NCBI RefSeq assembly: GCF_006345805.1
Contig: NC_043018.1
Coordinates: 15,686,001-15,750,000 of the forward strand
DNA: 64,000 nucleotides
Reading direction: 5' to 3'
Origin: Octopus sinensis
Taxonomy: Eukaryota
How positions within the stretch are numbered: position 1 is the first letter of the stretch; every line of letters starts with the position of its first letter. The notes under the pieces were generated by a model that saw only the letters and a program-made list of their open reading frames with translations, ran no database searches and was not told where the DNA came from. Position numbers and translations under genes: made by a program. Of the stretch, positions 38,822 through 51,900 are shown piece by piece.

Positions 38822-39365
38822 GTGTTCACATCCAGCACGTCTGAGTTACTTATATCGCCAAAATCCTTGGTTTCAATGGCTGCTCTATGCGACTGTAGCT
38901 TTGAACTGGTTGATCACCTTCCTTTCAAACTTGAAATCTTCAAAGCCACAGTCGAACCAATTCTACTATATGGCTCAGAAACCTGGACGTTATCAAAGAA
39001 GCTTGAGAGGCGGTTGGATGGAACCTACACTCGCCTCCTTATGAGAGCTCAAAATCTCTCGTGGAAGCGCCATCCAACTAAAATGCAAATATATGGGAAA
39101 CTACCACCTGTGTCATCTCTTGTGAAAGGTAGGAGAGTCCAGTTTGCTGGACATTGTTGTAGAGCTGAAAAAGAAGTAATTTCTACTCTTCTCCTCTGGA
39201 AGCCATCTACTCGCAATACCAGAGGGCGCACACTCTCCTACCCTGATGTAATCTCCAGGGATACAGGCATCCAGCAACAGGACCTCCGTAATGTCATGAT
39301 GGACCGTGAAGTCTGGTGTAGCATGGTAAATTCCATTGTCTCGACCACGGTCGAACAATGATGAT
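38822..39365 (+). mobile_element. RTE-like LINE 3' fragment
   Basis: FKATVEPILLYGSETWTL...FAGHC.R; (TGA)n tail. Confidence 0.82.
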
Positions 39366-39570
39366 GACCACCCTCCTTTATTTTCACGATTTGACCCCAT
39401 CTGACTGTCATCTGTTCCCCCAACATGAACGAAAAAAAATCATCCAGGAACCCGTATTGCAGTGATGACTTTTCTGACAAACAGGATGAAAGTTTCTTGA
39501 CCAACGGGATCTGAGCCCTGCAACACCGATGGAAGAACTGTGTGGACCATAAGGGGGGGATTATGATGAG
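39365..39570 (+). mobile_element. mariner transposase C-terminal fragment
   Basis: Degenerate DLTPSDCHLFPNM (YSPDLAPSD-like) and RWKNCVDHKG. Confidence 0.55.
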
Positions 39571-40956
39571 AGTATCTTGGTCAGCCTACAAATTAGTGGC
39601 AATTAATGAGAATCCTGTCTTTTTCCTGGGCCGGTCGTCATTCCATTACCTTTTGCATGCTTATTGCAGTCTGGCTGTGAGTTCCTGGGGTCGAGGTTTG
39701 CTTGGAAATCACCGTTTCTTTTATTGGTTTATTTGATTCAGTCGTCAGTCTGCAGCCATGCTGGAGCACCACCTAGAAGGGTTTTTAATTGAACGAATTG
39801 ACCCCAGGATTAATTTTTTTAAAGCAAGGTACTTATTCTATCAGTCTCTTTGGCTGAACTGCTAAGTCAGGGTGACATGAACACACCAGCACCATTTGTC
39901 AAGCTGTGATGGAAGAACAAACAACCACCTGCACAATGAGACACATACATAGGTATATACATTTATATACATAAGACGGGCTTCTCTTCAGTTTCCATCT
40001 ACCAAATCTGCTCACAATGCTTTGGTCAACCTGAGGTTATAGTAGAAGACACTTGCCCAAGGTGACACACAGTGGGACTGAACCTGGAACAATGTGGTTG
40101 GGAGATGCTGCAAAGCTAATGAGACGTATCCCAATCACCAGTCTCATATTAAATATCTTTTCTGTTCTGTCTCTTTCAGATCCATCTCAATCTTACCGGT
40201 TCTCCTGCGACAATTTCTTCTGCTTTTCACTTCAGTTTCGGAGAAATCTCAGCAGACTACAGGATTTGGAGGGCAGAAACTGAAAGATGTCCGTTGTGTA
40301 TGTGTGTGCATGTATGTACATATGTGTATCTGTATATGTGTGCAAATATGTATGTGTGTGTGTTTGTTCATATATTTGCTGATTATTGTAAGCAGCAACT
40401 GCCAACGATGCCATTTCTCCTGTCGACAAACTATCCACTGCCTTCTTAGATGAGTGGAATAAAGGATCCCTTACTTAAAAGACAAGGCTTAGCGACAGCA
40501 AAGGTATTCAGTTGTACATTAATGCGTCAATAACATACTCCTCTGACCCATGACAGCATTGAAAAATGGATGTAAAAACAAACAAATGAAGAAGGCCTTA
40601 ACATTGCTATGATTCCTCTCAAGTTAATTTCGATTGGAAACAACTACAAGTAAAGACATTCCAACAATGACCATTCCATCATTTTACAGGTATCCAGAGA
40701 AACATTGCCTGTTTTTGTCCCTTACATTCCTTTTATAGCATTTTGAATATGTTTCTGTAATTTTTTTTTTAATTTCAAAAATCACCAGAAACTAACTTTT
40801 CTGAAAATCTAAAACGGTTTTGAAATTTTCACACCATTTTGTACATTTAATACTAAACACATTTCTAATAAATACAATTTATTCTCAGACTTTTTCAAGT
40901 ACATTGTAAAATATCTTTGCAGTGTTATTTACAATTACAATTTGTTTCAGTGAGAC

Positions 40957-40990
<34 letters not shown>

Positions 40991-42780
40991 ATATATATAT
41001 ATATATGTACATATATCATCATCATCATCATTTAACATCCGCTTTCCATGCTAGCATGGGTTGGACAATTTAACTGAGGTCTGGTGAACCAGATGGCTGC
41101 TCCAGGCTCCAATCTGATCTGGCCAAGTATGCCCTTCCTAATGCCAATTAATATACATTCATGTGTATATATATCCAGACACACAAATATACATATATTA
41201 ATTATGATACCTATATATATTAATATACATAAATATGCATATATAAATACATATATATATATATATATATGTATACACACACATATATACTATCATGATG
41301 ATAATGTATACAATAGAAAAGAGAATAACAGAAATAAATGTAGTAATAATGAAAAAATAATGTGAAAATAACAACAGTACCATAATAAACATAGAATATA
41401 ATATAATATAGAAAGTGTAATAAAAATTATTAATTTCGTAGTCCAAGTTCCCAAATTTGCAAATATTTCTATAACGTGGTGTGACATGAATAGTGATATT
41501 TCAAGCAAAACCCATTTTGTTTCAGTATTTTCCTATACTGGTGTAAAGCCATGAATCTTGGGGCAAGGACCAGTTAATCAAACGGAGGTAGCCATACATG
41601 TTGGGCACTTTATTTTATCAAACCTCATCATCATCGTTTAACGTCCGTTCTCCATGCTAGCATGGGTTGGATGGTTCGACCGGGGGTCTGGGAAGCCAGA
41701 AGGCTGCACCAGGCTCCAGTCTTATCTAGCAGTGTTTCTACAGCTGGATGCCCTTCCTAACCTAGAAGAGAGAAATACCACAAGGTATTTTTGTTCATTT
41801 CCCTGTCGTTTCAGCCACCCTCTTTCCTTAACAATAATCCTTTCTACTATATTTAGTGGCCCCAAATGGGATGAAAGGTTAAATCAATACTTGGCCCGAC
41901 ACCTGGACAGCTTTCTAAGAGACTGAGAAATATTGGGATTGGCACTCGTGTTGTTGAAACCACAGAAAAGTGTACCCTACTGAATTCTGCTAGAATCCTG
42001 CTAGAATCCTGAGGAAGATTTTTGAGATTTGAGGAAGTTTCCAATTTCAGCACAAGGCCAGCTATTTTAAGGGAGGCAACTAATTTCCCAAGTGAGGAAT
42101 GGCAAACTTTATCTATGGGTTTTAATTTAGGCCCAAAACCACAAAGGAGAGTTTTGCACAAAACCTAATCACCAATCTTGTCCCTTAATCATACAAACTT
42201 GCAGAAATTTGTGAACTTTTCTAAAGAATTCTTGCCAACACAGACCATACTTAGTTTCTTCAGATTAGTATTTTGATAGAGTTATTGGTTGAATGACTGA
42301 TTGGTACTTTTTCTCATATTAGATCAAATCCATGAATTAAAGGGAAATTTGTATTTCTTCTCAGCCACTCGTTTCCATAGTATATAGTTCATATTTCATA
42401 AATTTGGCATTATAGAAAATATAAAATTTCTTTTTCCTTTCTTCTCTCTCTTCATCAAGGGTGAAGAATCCTTTGTCTCCAGATGAAAAATTTGACCCAT
42501 GTTCAATTTTCAAGCTTCTCACTAGTGAAGTTTCCAAAACCCATACAAGAACAGAAAATAAAAAAGGGTTGGAGGGTTTCAAGTTCAAACCCCAAAACAA
42601 AAAAATATAAAATTGTATTTGTAGGAATTAATAAAATGAAAGATTCATTTCATTTTTGTGTTTGGTTTGCAAGATCCTTGATGTGAATTTTGTTGTGTTT
42701 TGGAAGGGTCATTATGCCAATAATAAATGACACATGCAATGGTTCAATATCACTTCTTTATTAAAAGGGTAAAAGGTAAA

Positions 42781-43098
42781 GATCCCCTACGGTTATGAAT
42801 GACCATGAGATTGCACCTAGAAAGTTCCTCTCCAAGGCACAAGTCCGGGCAAGGTTGCTTATGGAAGACCATCAGTCGCCCATGCATACCAGCCTCCCCT
42901 CTCCACACCACCGATATTGTCCAAGAGAAAGGCAAAGGTTGACACCAGTGACGTTGCAACTCATTTCTAAAGCTGAGTGAACTGGAGCAACGTGATATAA
43001 AGGGTCTTGCTCAAGAACACCACACACAGCTTGGTCTAGGACTCGAACTCACTAGCTCGTGATTGTGAGCCCAGTGTTCTAACCACTGAGCCAGGCAT
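42781..43098 (-). mobile_element. SINE family C copy
   Basis: Similarity to 3321-3651. Confidence 0.8.
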
Positions 43099-43460
43099 CT
43101 TCATTATTGTTAGTTTATTATTCAACCAATTGACAAACAACAAAGTGATATTAAACCAGTGCTTGTATTATTATTTTTGACATAAAGATCCTCTGAAAAC
43201 TCAGAAAGGTTCTTTATTTTTGTTCTGATATGCACACATCCCTTCCTCCTAAGGATTCTTACACACCTGTTTTATATAACGGTATTGAAAAATTAATGGC
43301 CAACAACTGTCTGAAATGGTGTGGGGAGATGGGGGGGGATGTGATCAGTGGGATGGTCATTTGGCAAGTGATGGCTACGGGGACATCTTTTCCTCTTTCG
43401 GAATTAATGTTTACAGAAGTATAATATTTAATAGACACATGAAAATATATACACATATAC

Positions 43461-43493
<33 letters not shown>

Positions 43494-43796
43494 TTGATAT
43501 CCATTCCCCATGCTGGCACAGGTTGGATGGTTTGAGAGGATGACACAAGCCACAGTGCTGCCTACGTCAAGCTCTGCTGTTAGCATTGGCATGGTTTCTG
43601 CAGTTTGGAGGCCCTTTCCTAAAGCCAACCGTTTCATGAACACTGCTGGGCTCCTTTTCCATGACACTAGCACGAGTGAGGGCCCTGAGCAACTTGCAAG
43701 ACAGAAATAGAACATATTTGTGTGCATGTATATATATATATATATATGTGTTTGTGTGTGTATGTGTGTGTATGCATATATAGATAGAGGGTAATG

Positions 43797-44725
43797 GGTA
43801 AAGACCCCCTTCTGTCATGAATGACCATGGGATTGCACCTAGAAAGTTCCCCTCCGAGAGAAAAGTCCAGACAAGGTTGTTTATGGAAGATCAGCAGTTG
43901 CCCATGCATACCAGCCACCTCTCTCCACACCATTACATGTACATAGGGTAAAGTGTAAAGACCCCCGTTCTGTCATGAATGACCATGGGATTGCACCTAG
44001 AAAGTTCCCCTCCGAGAGACAAGTCCAGACAAGGTTGTTTATGGAAGATCAGCAGTTGCCCATGCATACCAGCCACCTCTCTCCACACCATTACATGTAC
44101 ATAGGGTAAAGTGTAAAGACCCCCTTCTGTCATGAATGACCATGGGATTGCACCTAGAAAGTTCCCCTCCGAGAGAAAAGTCCAGACAAGGTTGTTTATG
44201 GAAGATCAGCAGTTGCCCATGCATACCAGCCACCTCTCTCCACACCATTACATGTACATAGGGTAAAGTGTAAAGACCCCCTTCTGTCATGAATGACCAT
44301 GGGATTGCACCTAGAAAGTTCCCCTCCGAGAGACAAGTCCAGACAAGGTTGTTTATGGAAGATCAGCAGTTGCCCATGCATACCAGCCACCTCTCTCCAC
44401 ACCATTACATGTACATAGGGTAAAGTGTAAAGACCCCCTTCTGTCATGAATGACCATGGGATTGCACCTAGAAAGTTCCCCTCCGAGAGACAAGTCCAGA
44501 CAAGGTTGTTTATGGAAGATCAGCATACCAGCCTCTCCTCTCCACGCCACCAATGTCGTCCAAGGGAAAGGCAAAGGGGCCGATACAGCTTGGCACCAGT
44601 GACATTGCAACTCATTTTTTTAACTGAGCGAACTGGAGTAACATGAAATCAATTGTCCTGCTCAAGAACACAACACATAGCCGGGTCTGTGAATCGAACT
44701 CACTACTTCATGATTGTGAGCCAGA
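43797..44725 (-). repeat. SINE family C with a 157-bp tandem array of its 3' end (4 units plus the parent copy)
   Basis: Marker base of aagacccc at 43803, 43960, 44118, 44275, 44432. Confidence 0.9.
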
Positions 44726-45009
44726 CATATATATATATATATATATACGTACACACACACGCTCAAACATATATATATATATATTCTTTACACAAGGCCC
44801 AAAATTTTTGGGGAGGGGACCAGTTGATTAAATCGACCCCAGTACACAAGTGGTACTTAATTTATCAACCCCGAAAGGATGAAAGGTAAAGTCGACCTCA
44901 GCAGAATTTGAACTCAGAATGTAAAGACAGAGGAAATACCGCTAAGCATTTCGCCCAGTGTACTAACGTTTCTGCCTGCTCACTGCTTCTACACACACGT
45001 GTGTGTATG

Positions 45010-45040
<31 letters not shown>

Positions 45041-46373
45041 CACATACACACATACATATTTCTATATTTATTTATTTTTTTATTTTATCTAGTTTCAGCA
45101 CATGAGCTGTGGCCATGCTGGGGCACCGCCATTTGGTGTTGCTACATAATTTTATACATAGTCAAGGCATCCACTCATAGAACCAAGTTGACTTTGGGTG
45201 TATGTTTATAGTGGTGGGAAACATGGCACTTAAAATTACTTTTGCTTTGAGGAACTGAACAAAAACAGGTTAAGTAGAGACAAATGCCATTGAACTCTTA
45301 CCAAATGAAAGGAAGTGAGGGGTGGGGTGGGGGGGTCATCACCAAAATCCTAACTAATTAAAATTTATGTTGTTGTTATGGTGACATGAATGCATTAATT
45401 AAGTGTCTCTCATCTGGTAGAGTCAGCTCAAATTTACTCATTATGATCCCTGCTATCACTAGGGTTCAAGAGGAGGAGTCAGTAGAGCAACAATATTCCA
45501 TGACTGTGCAGAGTTGGTCATTGAAGGATTTCACCAACCGGCTGGATGGTTGGTCGGTCTACCTATGCATGTTCAAGTCAGATCAAATTGTTATCAGACT
45601 ACAGGGGTCAGTTCGAGATTTCAAAATATTTATTTAACCCAAAATTTGGTAAACTCAAAAACAACATGAATTAGATTTTGGTCTTTTTAGACTTCTTCAG
45701 AAAAACATGATTACCCCCCCCTCCCCGCCACCAGATTTTTTTTTTTTTCATTCTGCCACTCAATGTCAGCTTTAATTAATACTGGTTTCAGATTTTGGCA
45801 CAAGGCAAGAATTCCAGGGGAATGGGAAACTTGTTCAACTGGTACTTATTTTATTGACCCCCAAATGGATGAAAGGCAAAGGCAAAGGCAACCACAGTGG
45901 AATTTGAACTCATGACATAGGGATGAACGAAAAGGGCCATTGAACGTTTTTTTACAGCATGCTAACAGTTAAGCTGACCTAACTTTAATTAATATTCATG
46001 AGGTTTTTAAGTAATTACATGCCAAACAGTAAAATATTAAATTTGTGAAAGGAAAGAAAAACCTACCTATAGACCCCTAATCAGCAGGTTAATGAGATTA
46101 AATTAAGAAAGGACTCCCATGCACCCACTCACCCATCATAATGGAATAGTGTCTTTTTTTTTCTTCTTAGATTTCAGTAAATATTGTTGATTTTTGAGAG
46201 GGGCACATGGCCACAGTCTTGGAGCAGAATGTTATCAATTAACTATATTGATCCCAATATTTAACAGAGATTTACCACAATATTTGATGGCATAAAAGAC
46301 ACATGGACATATTAGACTCAACCCAATTTCAACAGAGCAGTTTCAGGAAGAGAAAACAGCTTTACTGCATTAA

Positions 46374-46593
46374 CCCTTTAGCATTCAGATTATTCTGTCA
46401 AATGTAAAGCTTATGTATTCACACCATGTAAAATTAATCTTGCATCATTTCATGGCTTTGAGATTTCAATGATGTGATTGTTTATTTTCAAAATGACACA
46501 ATAAGGTAGCTATGAATGACCATATCTGACTAGTTTGAACATAAAACAGGTAGAATATTTTGGCCGGATATGGCCGGTTTAAACACTAAAGGG
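46374..46593. mobile_element. piggyBac-like MITE, second family
   Basis: TTAA|ccctttag...ctaaaggg|TTAA. Confidence 0.75.
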
Positions 46594-47072
46594 TTAAACC
46601 ATGTAACTTAGGCCCAGCTTTGTGTACAATACCCAGGGGTGATTTTTTGAGATTTCTTTTTGAAGAAAATTGTGGTTTATATACCATCAAATACAGGACT
46701 TATTTTATTGACCCAAGGAAAGTGAAAAGCAAAGTTGACCTCAATATGAGTTGAATTTAGAGGTTAAAAATACCTAAACATAGGTATTTTATCCTGTGTT
46801 CTGCCATTTCTGCCAAATTCCACTGACCCCTGCCACTGCTAAACTTACCTAAAGACATTAAGAATTTAGAGATATTGTTATAAAACAGTAATATTCTTTG
46901 TGTGAAAATAATCTATGGGAAATGGTAAAAATAGAATGATGCCATGATCTTAAAAATACAATGGAGAGAAATCAAGGATCAAATTTTGAAAGGAAAGACA
47001 TCGAAAAAGGGTTAGCTTTTGTTTTGTTTTGATTTGCACTTAATGAACTTTGGGGATTTTTAGTCCCAGTTC

Positions 47073-47086
47073 TCAATTGTCATCAG

Positions 47087-47121
<35 letters not shown>

Positions 47122-47321
47122 GGGGAATAAGTCAACTTCTTTGGAGTGTCAGCTCTTAGATTCGGAACATTTTTGCTGTTGGGAATGTTTGTACTCAGCC
47201 TAGATTTTTTGGAAACTGGGGATTTCATGTCTTGGTTTTGGTTCAGTGTCCGTGCCCTTGATGCAAAGTTGTCTTCTACAGGTGGGGAGTCATCGTGGTC
47301 CACTGTTGATTCATGTGACAT
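47073..47321 (-). CDS. NT5C2: NT5C2 last coding exon (MSHESTVDH...poly-Asp tail, stop)
   Basis: tttcag acceptor, TGA at 47075-47073. Confidence 0.92.
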
Positions 47322-48924
47322 CTGAAAGAGACCAGGATAAACATCATAAAAGGAAATATTAAGTGTCAGAGAGAGAGAAAGAGAATAAGTGTGTGTGTGT
47401 GTGTGTGTTGTTGTTGTTGTTATTGTTGGCCTACGCCAGGGGTGTAACCAGTCCATTTATGCATGCCTTTCCTTCATTGGACACTAAACTCTGCTTGCGA
47501 AGACTTGTTGAGGCAAGTGAAATCGAAATCGAAATCAAATTCAATTACTGGTATCCGTGCTAGTGGAGCGCTAAGAGAACCATGCAAGTGAGATCGGGGC
47601 CAGCTCAACAAGCTGACCTCCGAGCTGATCGCATGTTAAAAACACCATTTGAGCATGATCGTTACCTGCGTCACCTTACTGGCACTTGTGCTGGTGGCAC
47701 GTGAAAAAACATTCGAGCGAGGTCGTTGCCAGTGCCACTGGACTGGCTACTGTGCAGGTAGCACATAAAAAGTACCATTTGAGCATAGCTGTTGCCAATA
47801 CTGCCTGACTGGCCCTCATGCCGGTGGCATGTAAAAGCACCCACTACACTCTTGGAGTGGTTGGTGTTAGGAAGGGCATCCAGTTGTAGAAACTCTGCCA
47901 GATCAAGATTGGAGCCTAGTGCAGCCATCTGGTTCGCCAGTCCTCAGTCAAATCATCCAACCCATGCTAACATGGAAAGACTGTGTCACCTGAGTAGGGA
48001 TCTACTTTGCATTTCTTCACGCTACAGCTAATTAATTCTCTTATGTTGCCATTATTGTTGTTGTTGTTATCATCATCATCACATAGGCATAAAAGAACAG
48101 CCAATCCTATTGATTTGAGTATTATACAATTACCAATCTCTGTGAGAAGTGAACACAGAATCTAAAGGACCATAAGTGAATACCACAAGGTATTTTGTCC
48201 AATGCTTTCACATATAACTGCTGATAACGTTAACAACAACAACAATAATAACAACAGTTGTCATGGAAACAATATACTGACCAACATCCTTGGTGCAACG
48301 AATGAATAGCAAAATGGGTAGTAGAGCAGATTGGTGACTGATGCTGCGTAGAGGTCAGCGTATCGCATCACTTGAGCAGCAAAGAAAGTCTGTTGTGAAT
48401 CTGGAACAAAAAAAGAAGAAGAAAAATAAATGAAAAGAAAAGTAAAAACTGAGAATGAACGTAACTAATTTCTGGTTCTTTGCAATCAAAGACTGGAATC
48501 AAAGACATGTTTCCCTGGGAGAATGAACAAAGCCAACTTTGGTTGAGTTTGAACTCATAATGCAGATATCAGGTGTTGACATTGGGTATAGAGCTACACA
48601 CATTTTAGACAGCCGGGCCAGTTGACTGGTTAATGATTTTACTAACCACAGCAATATTTGAACTTGCAATGTAAAGTCTAGCTTGTCTTTTAGTCTAACA
48701 ATTCTGCCAGCCCACAGCTCTTTAAGGTAATAATAATAATAATAATAATAATAAGAGAGAGAGAGAGTGTAGGAGTGGCTGAGTGGTAAGTAACCAACCA
48801 CATGGTTCCGGGTTCAGTCCCACTGCATGGCACCTTGGGCAAGTGTCTTCTACTACAGCCTTGGGGCAACCAAGCCTTGTGAGTAGATTTGGTAGACGGA
48901 AACACAAAGAAGCCTGTCATATAT

Positions 48925-48955
<31 letters not shown>

Positions 48956-51900
48956 GCTTGCGTGTCTGTGTTTGTCCCCCACTGCCCCACCCAACATCAC
49001 TTGACAACCGATGCTGGTGTGTTTGCAGCCCTGTAACTTAGCAGTTCAGCAACAAGAGACTGTTAGAACAAGTACTAGGCTTATAAAGAATAAGTCCTGG
49101 GGTAAGTTTGCTCGACTAAAGGCAGTGCTCCAGCATGGCTGCAGTCAAAATGACTGAAACAAGTAAAAGAATAAAAAAAAAGAAGAATATATATATATAG
49201 TATTAATAAGTATTAGGTAGAGGGTAGCTATTTTCTTCACTACTTCAGGGAGTGACGACCCTGCCTGAACCGAGTCCCAGGCTCAGCTGGCTCCGGCTGA
49301 CAGTACCCAGTATGGGCCCCTACCCAGGGTTACAGAAAGGAGACAAACTTCAAAGAAATCCAGATTGGAGCCCTGTAGATGGTTTAGTGTTTGACTCGAG
49401 ACTCTTCCGGCAGCTCCTGCAACCTACTGGTGCCAAACGTAATGCCCTGCACTCCTTTGGACAACGCCAGCAAGGTCAAGAGAGGAATCCTGACGATTGG
49501 GCGACCCAGGATTTTCTTAAATGTTTATGAATTCCATCCAAGTATTATCGTTATTATTACAATATTTATCCCATATTATATCGGTGTAGCTTGATGCAAC
49601 CTCAAAATAACTGGTTCATCAGTCAGCATCATAGGGCTAATTGAAGAGGAGCTTTATTTGCATATTCAAAACATTTTCCGTAAACAAATTTAGAATATAT
49701 ATATATATAATATAATAATAAGAGTAAACAATTTCTTCGATGGTTTTTCAAAAAACCAACAATTATTTACTGGTAGATTTCGGCATGTAAATATAACAAT
49801 TAACAGTAGGAACTTCTGTAAAGTTCGATATATATATATTGTATATAAATAGAAGGGGCAGGCAACAGGTTGCTTAGCCGCATACTGAAGAAGTTAGAAA
49901 TAGCAGTCGGAGACTGTTTATTTCTATTTTCTACAAGTGGGACTCAATTGTCTATATAGGTTTAGCCTATGCTCGCTTTCTTCCACTATTTTGATGTCGC
50001 CTGGTCAGAGGTGGAGGTATGTGGCATTTGATAAATCTATGGAAGGTTGCGCCGATGAAAGACATGAAATATATATTCTTATATATATATATATATATAT
50101 ATATATCTTTATATCTTCCATCAAAAGTCAATAGAAATTGTAGTTGTGATCCCTGTGCTGGTGGCACGTAAAAAGCACCATCTGAACGTGGCCGATGCCA
50201 GCGCCGCCTTGACTGGCTTCCGTGCTGGTGGCACGTAAAAAGCACCCACAACACTCACGGAGTGGTGGGCGTTAGGAAGGGCATCCAGTTGTAGAAACAC
50301 TGCCAGATCAGACTGGAGCCTGGTGCAGCCTCCAGGCTTCTCAGACCCTGGTCGAACCGTCCAACCCATGCTAGCATGGAAAACGGACATTAAACAATGA
50401 TGATGATGATGATGATGATGATATATATATATATATACATAAAAATACACTCTACATTTAAACACATAAGAGGTAAATGTTTTTAGTTTTCATTCCCTTC
50501 AAAATTTTATCCCTAATAGTGGTTTGGAATTTAACTGTCCTCTCTAGCGTGCAGGTAGTCCTATGATGGATACCTCTTATGTGTTTAAATGTACACTGTA
50601 TTTATGTAAATAATAAATAGTCTATTGACTAAATTTTTACACACTAGGCCACAGGTAATGGAAATTTCTAACATTTCAGATTACCCTTTGATATAATTCA
50701 TTATGTATGTATGTAATGTATGTAATGTATGTATGTACGTACGTACGTACGCAAATACATATACACTTATGGGCATATATCACACACACACACACACATT
50801 AATGCTCGCATATATGAACCAAAGTCAGGTATATTTTACTCACCACTTCTGAATAAGCTTCCCAGGAAACCATATGCTAAATCCATTTTACATTTAACTT
50901 CCTGCAAACAAACACACAGAGACAATATTTATTAATCATTATAAGTTAAGCAGTTCATAAACTGATACAAATCTTTATATATAAAAGTGAAGTTGTGTGA
51001 GTGTCTGTCTCCTACGATTTAGATTCCTAACTACTCCCACATTTTGCGGTGCAGTTTAACCAAAAGCGGGTATCTTATAGTCGTGATTCATATTGAGCCC
51101 TTCTGGGTATTAGCGCGCGTCTACGATGAGTCTACGATTTAAAAAAAAATTTACCATCATTTTTTCCCATTTTTAATGCATTTTTTGCTACTATATAAGG
51201 GAAGTAACTCTCTAAAAATGCTTATATAGTTATTTCCCTTACAAACCCGAGCAACGCCGGGCGATACTGCTAGTTTTCTATAAAGAAACAGAGACTTCCA
51301 GAGTCGTTTCAGGGTCCTCACTCACTCACTTGCAGTACATGGTGCTGATGAAGACCAAGTGGCCAGAAATGCATTCATCATTCCAGCGGAGGCTGGCTAA
51401 GAAATTAATGTTGATGTTTTAACATCTTCATTTTTGCCTAAAATGAGAATTTTTCTCAGTAGCCAATCACAGCAGAAACTCGTTTTTTGCAGGTCAAATA
51501 AATCACAAAAATTTTTGGACTAAACAGTTTACACACATTTCAAATTTTGGCACAAAGACAGCAATTTTAGGGGCAGGATAAGTCAATTATATCGACCCTC
51601 CAGTGATCAAGGAGTGCTTATTGTATAGACCTTGAAAGGATAAAAGGCAAAGCTGATCTTGGTGGAATTTGAACCTGGAATGTAAAGAGCCAGAAGAGAT
51701 ACCACTAAGAGTTTTATCTGGCACACAAACAATTCTACCAGACACATTTTAACTTATACATGATTATACACATTCTGTATTACTGGTTTGACAGACATCA
51801 GCATGTGTTAATAAATATCATGTTTGCTGATTTCTATAGACAAGAGCCACATTTTTTGTTCAGTTTCATTGATATGGGGGTAGCTTTGGCTAAAGAGACT

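Noticed and set aside
42361-42686. Short ORFs in unique intergenic DNA (also 45386-45637)
   Set aside because: No recognisable motifs or splice framework; length is within chance expectation; may be UTR.
49600-50070. Penelope-like remnants (also 16490-16830 and 28200-28640)
   Set aside because: Clearly repeated sequence, but I could not support a class or boundaries from protein motifs.
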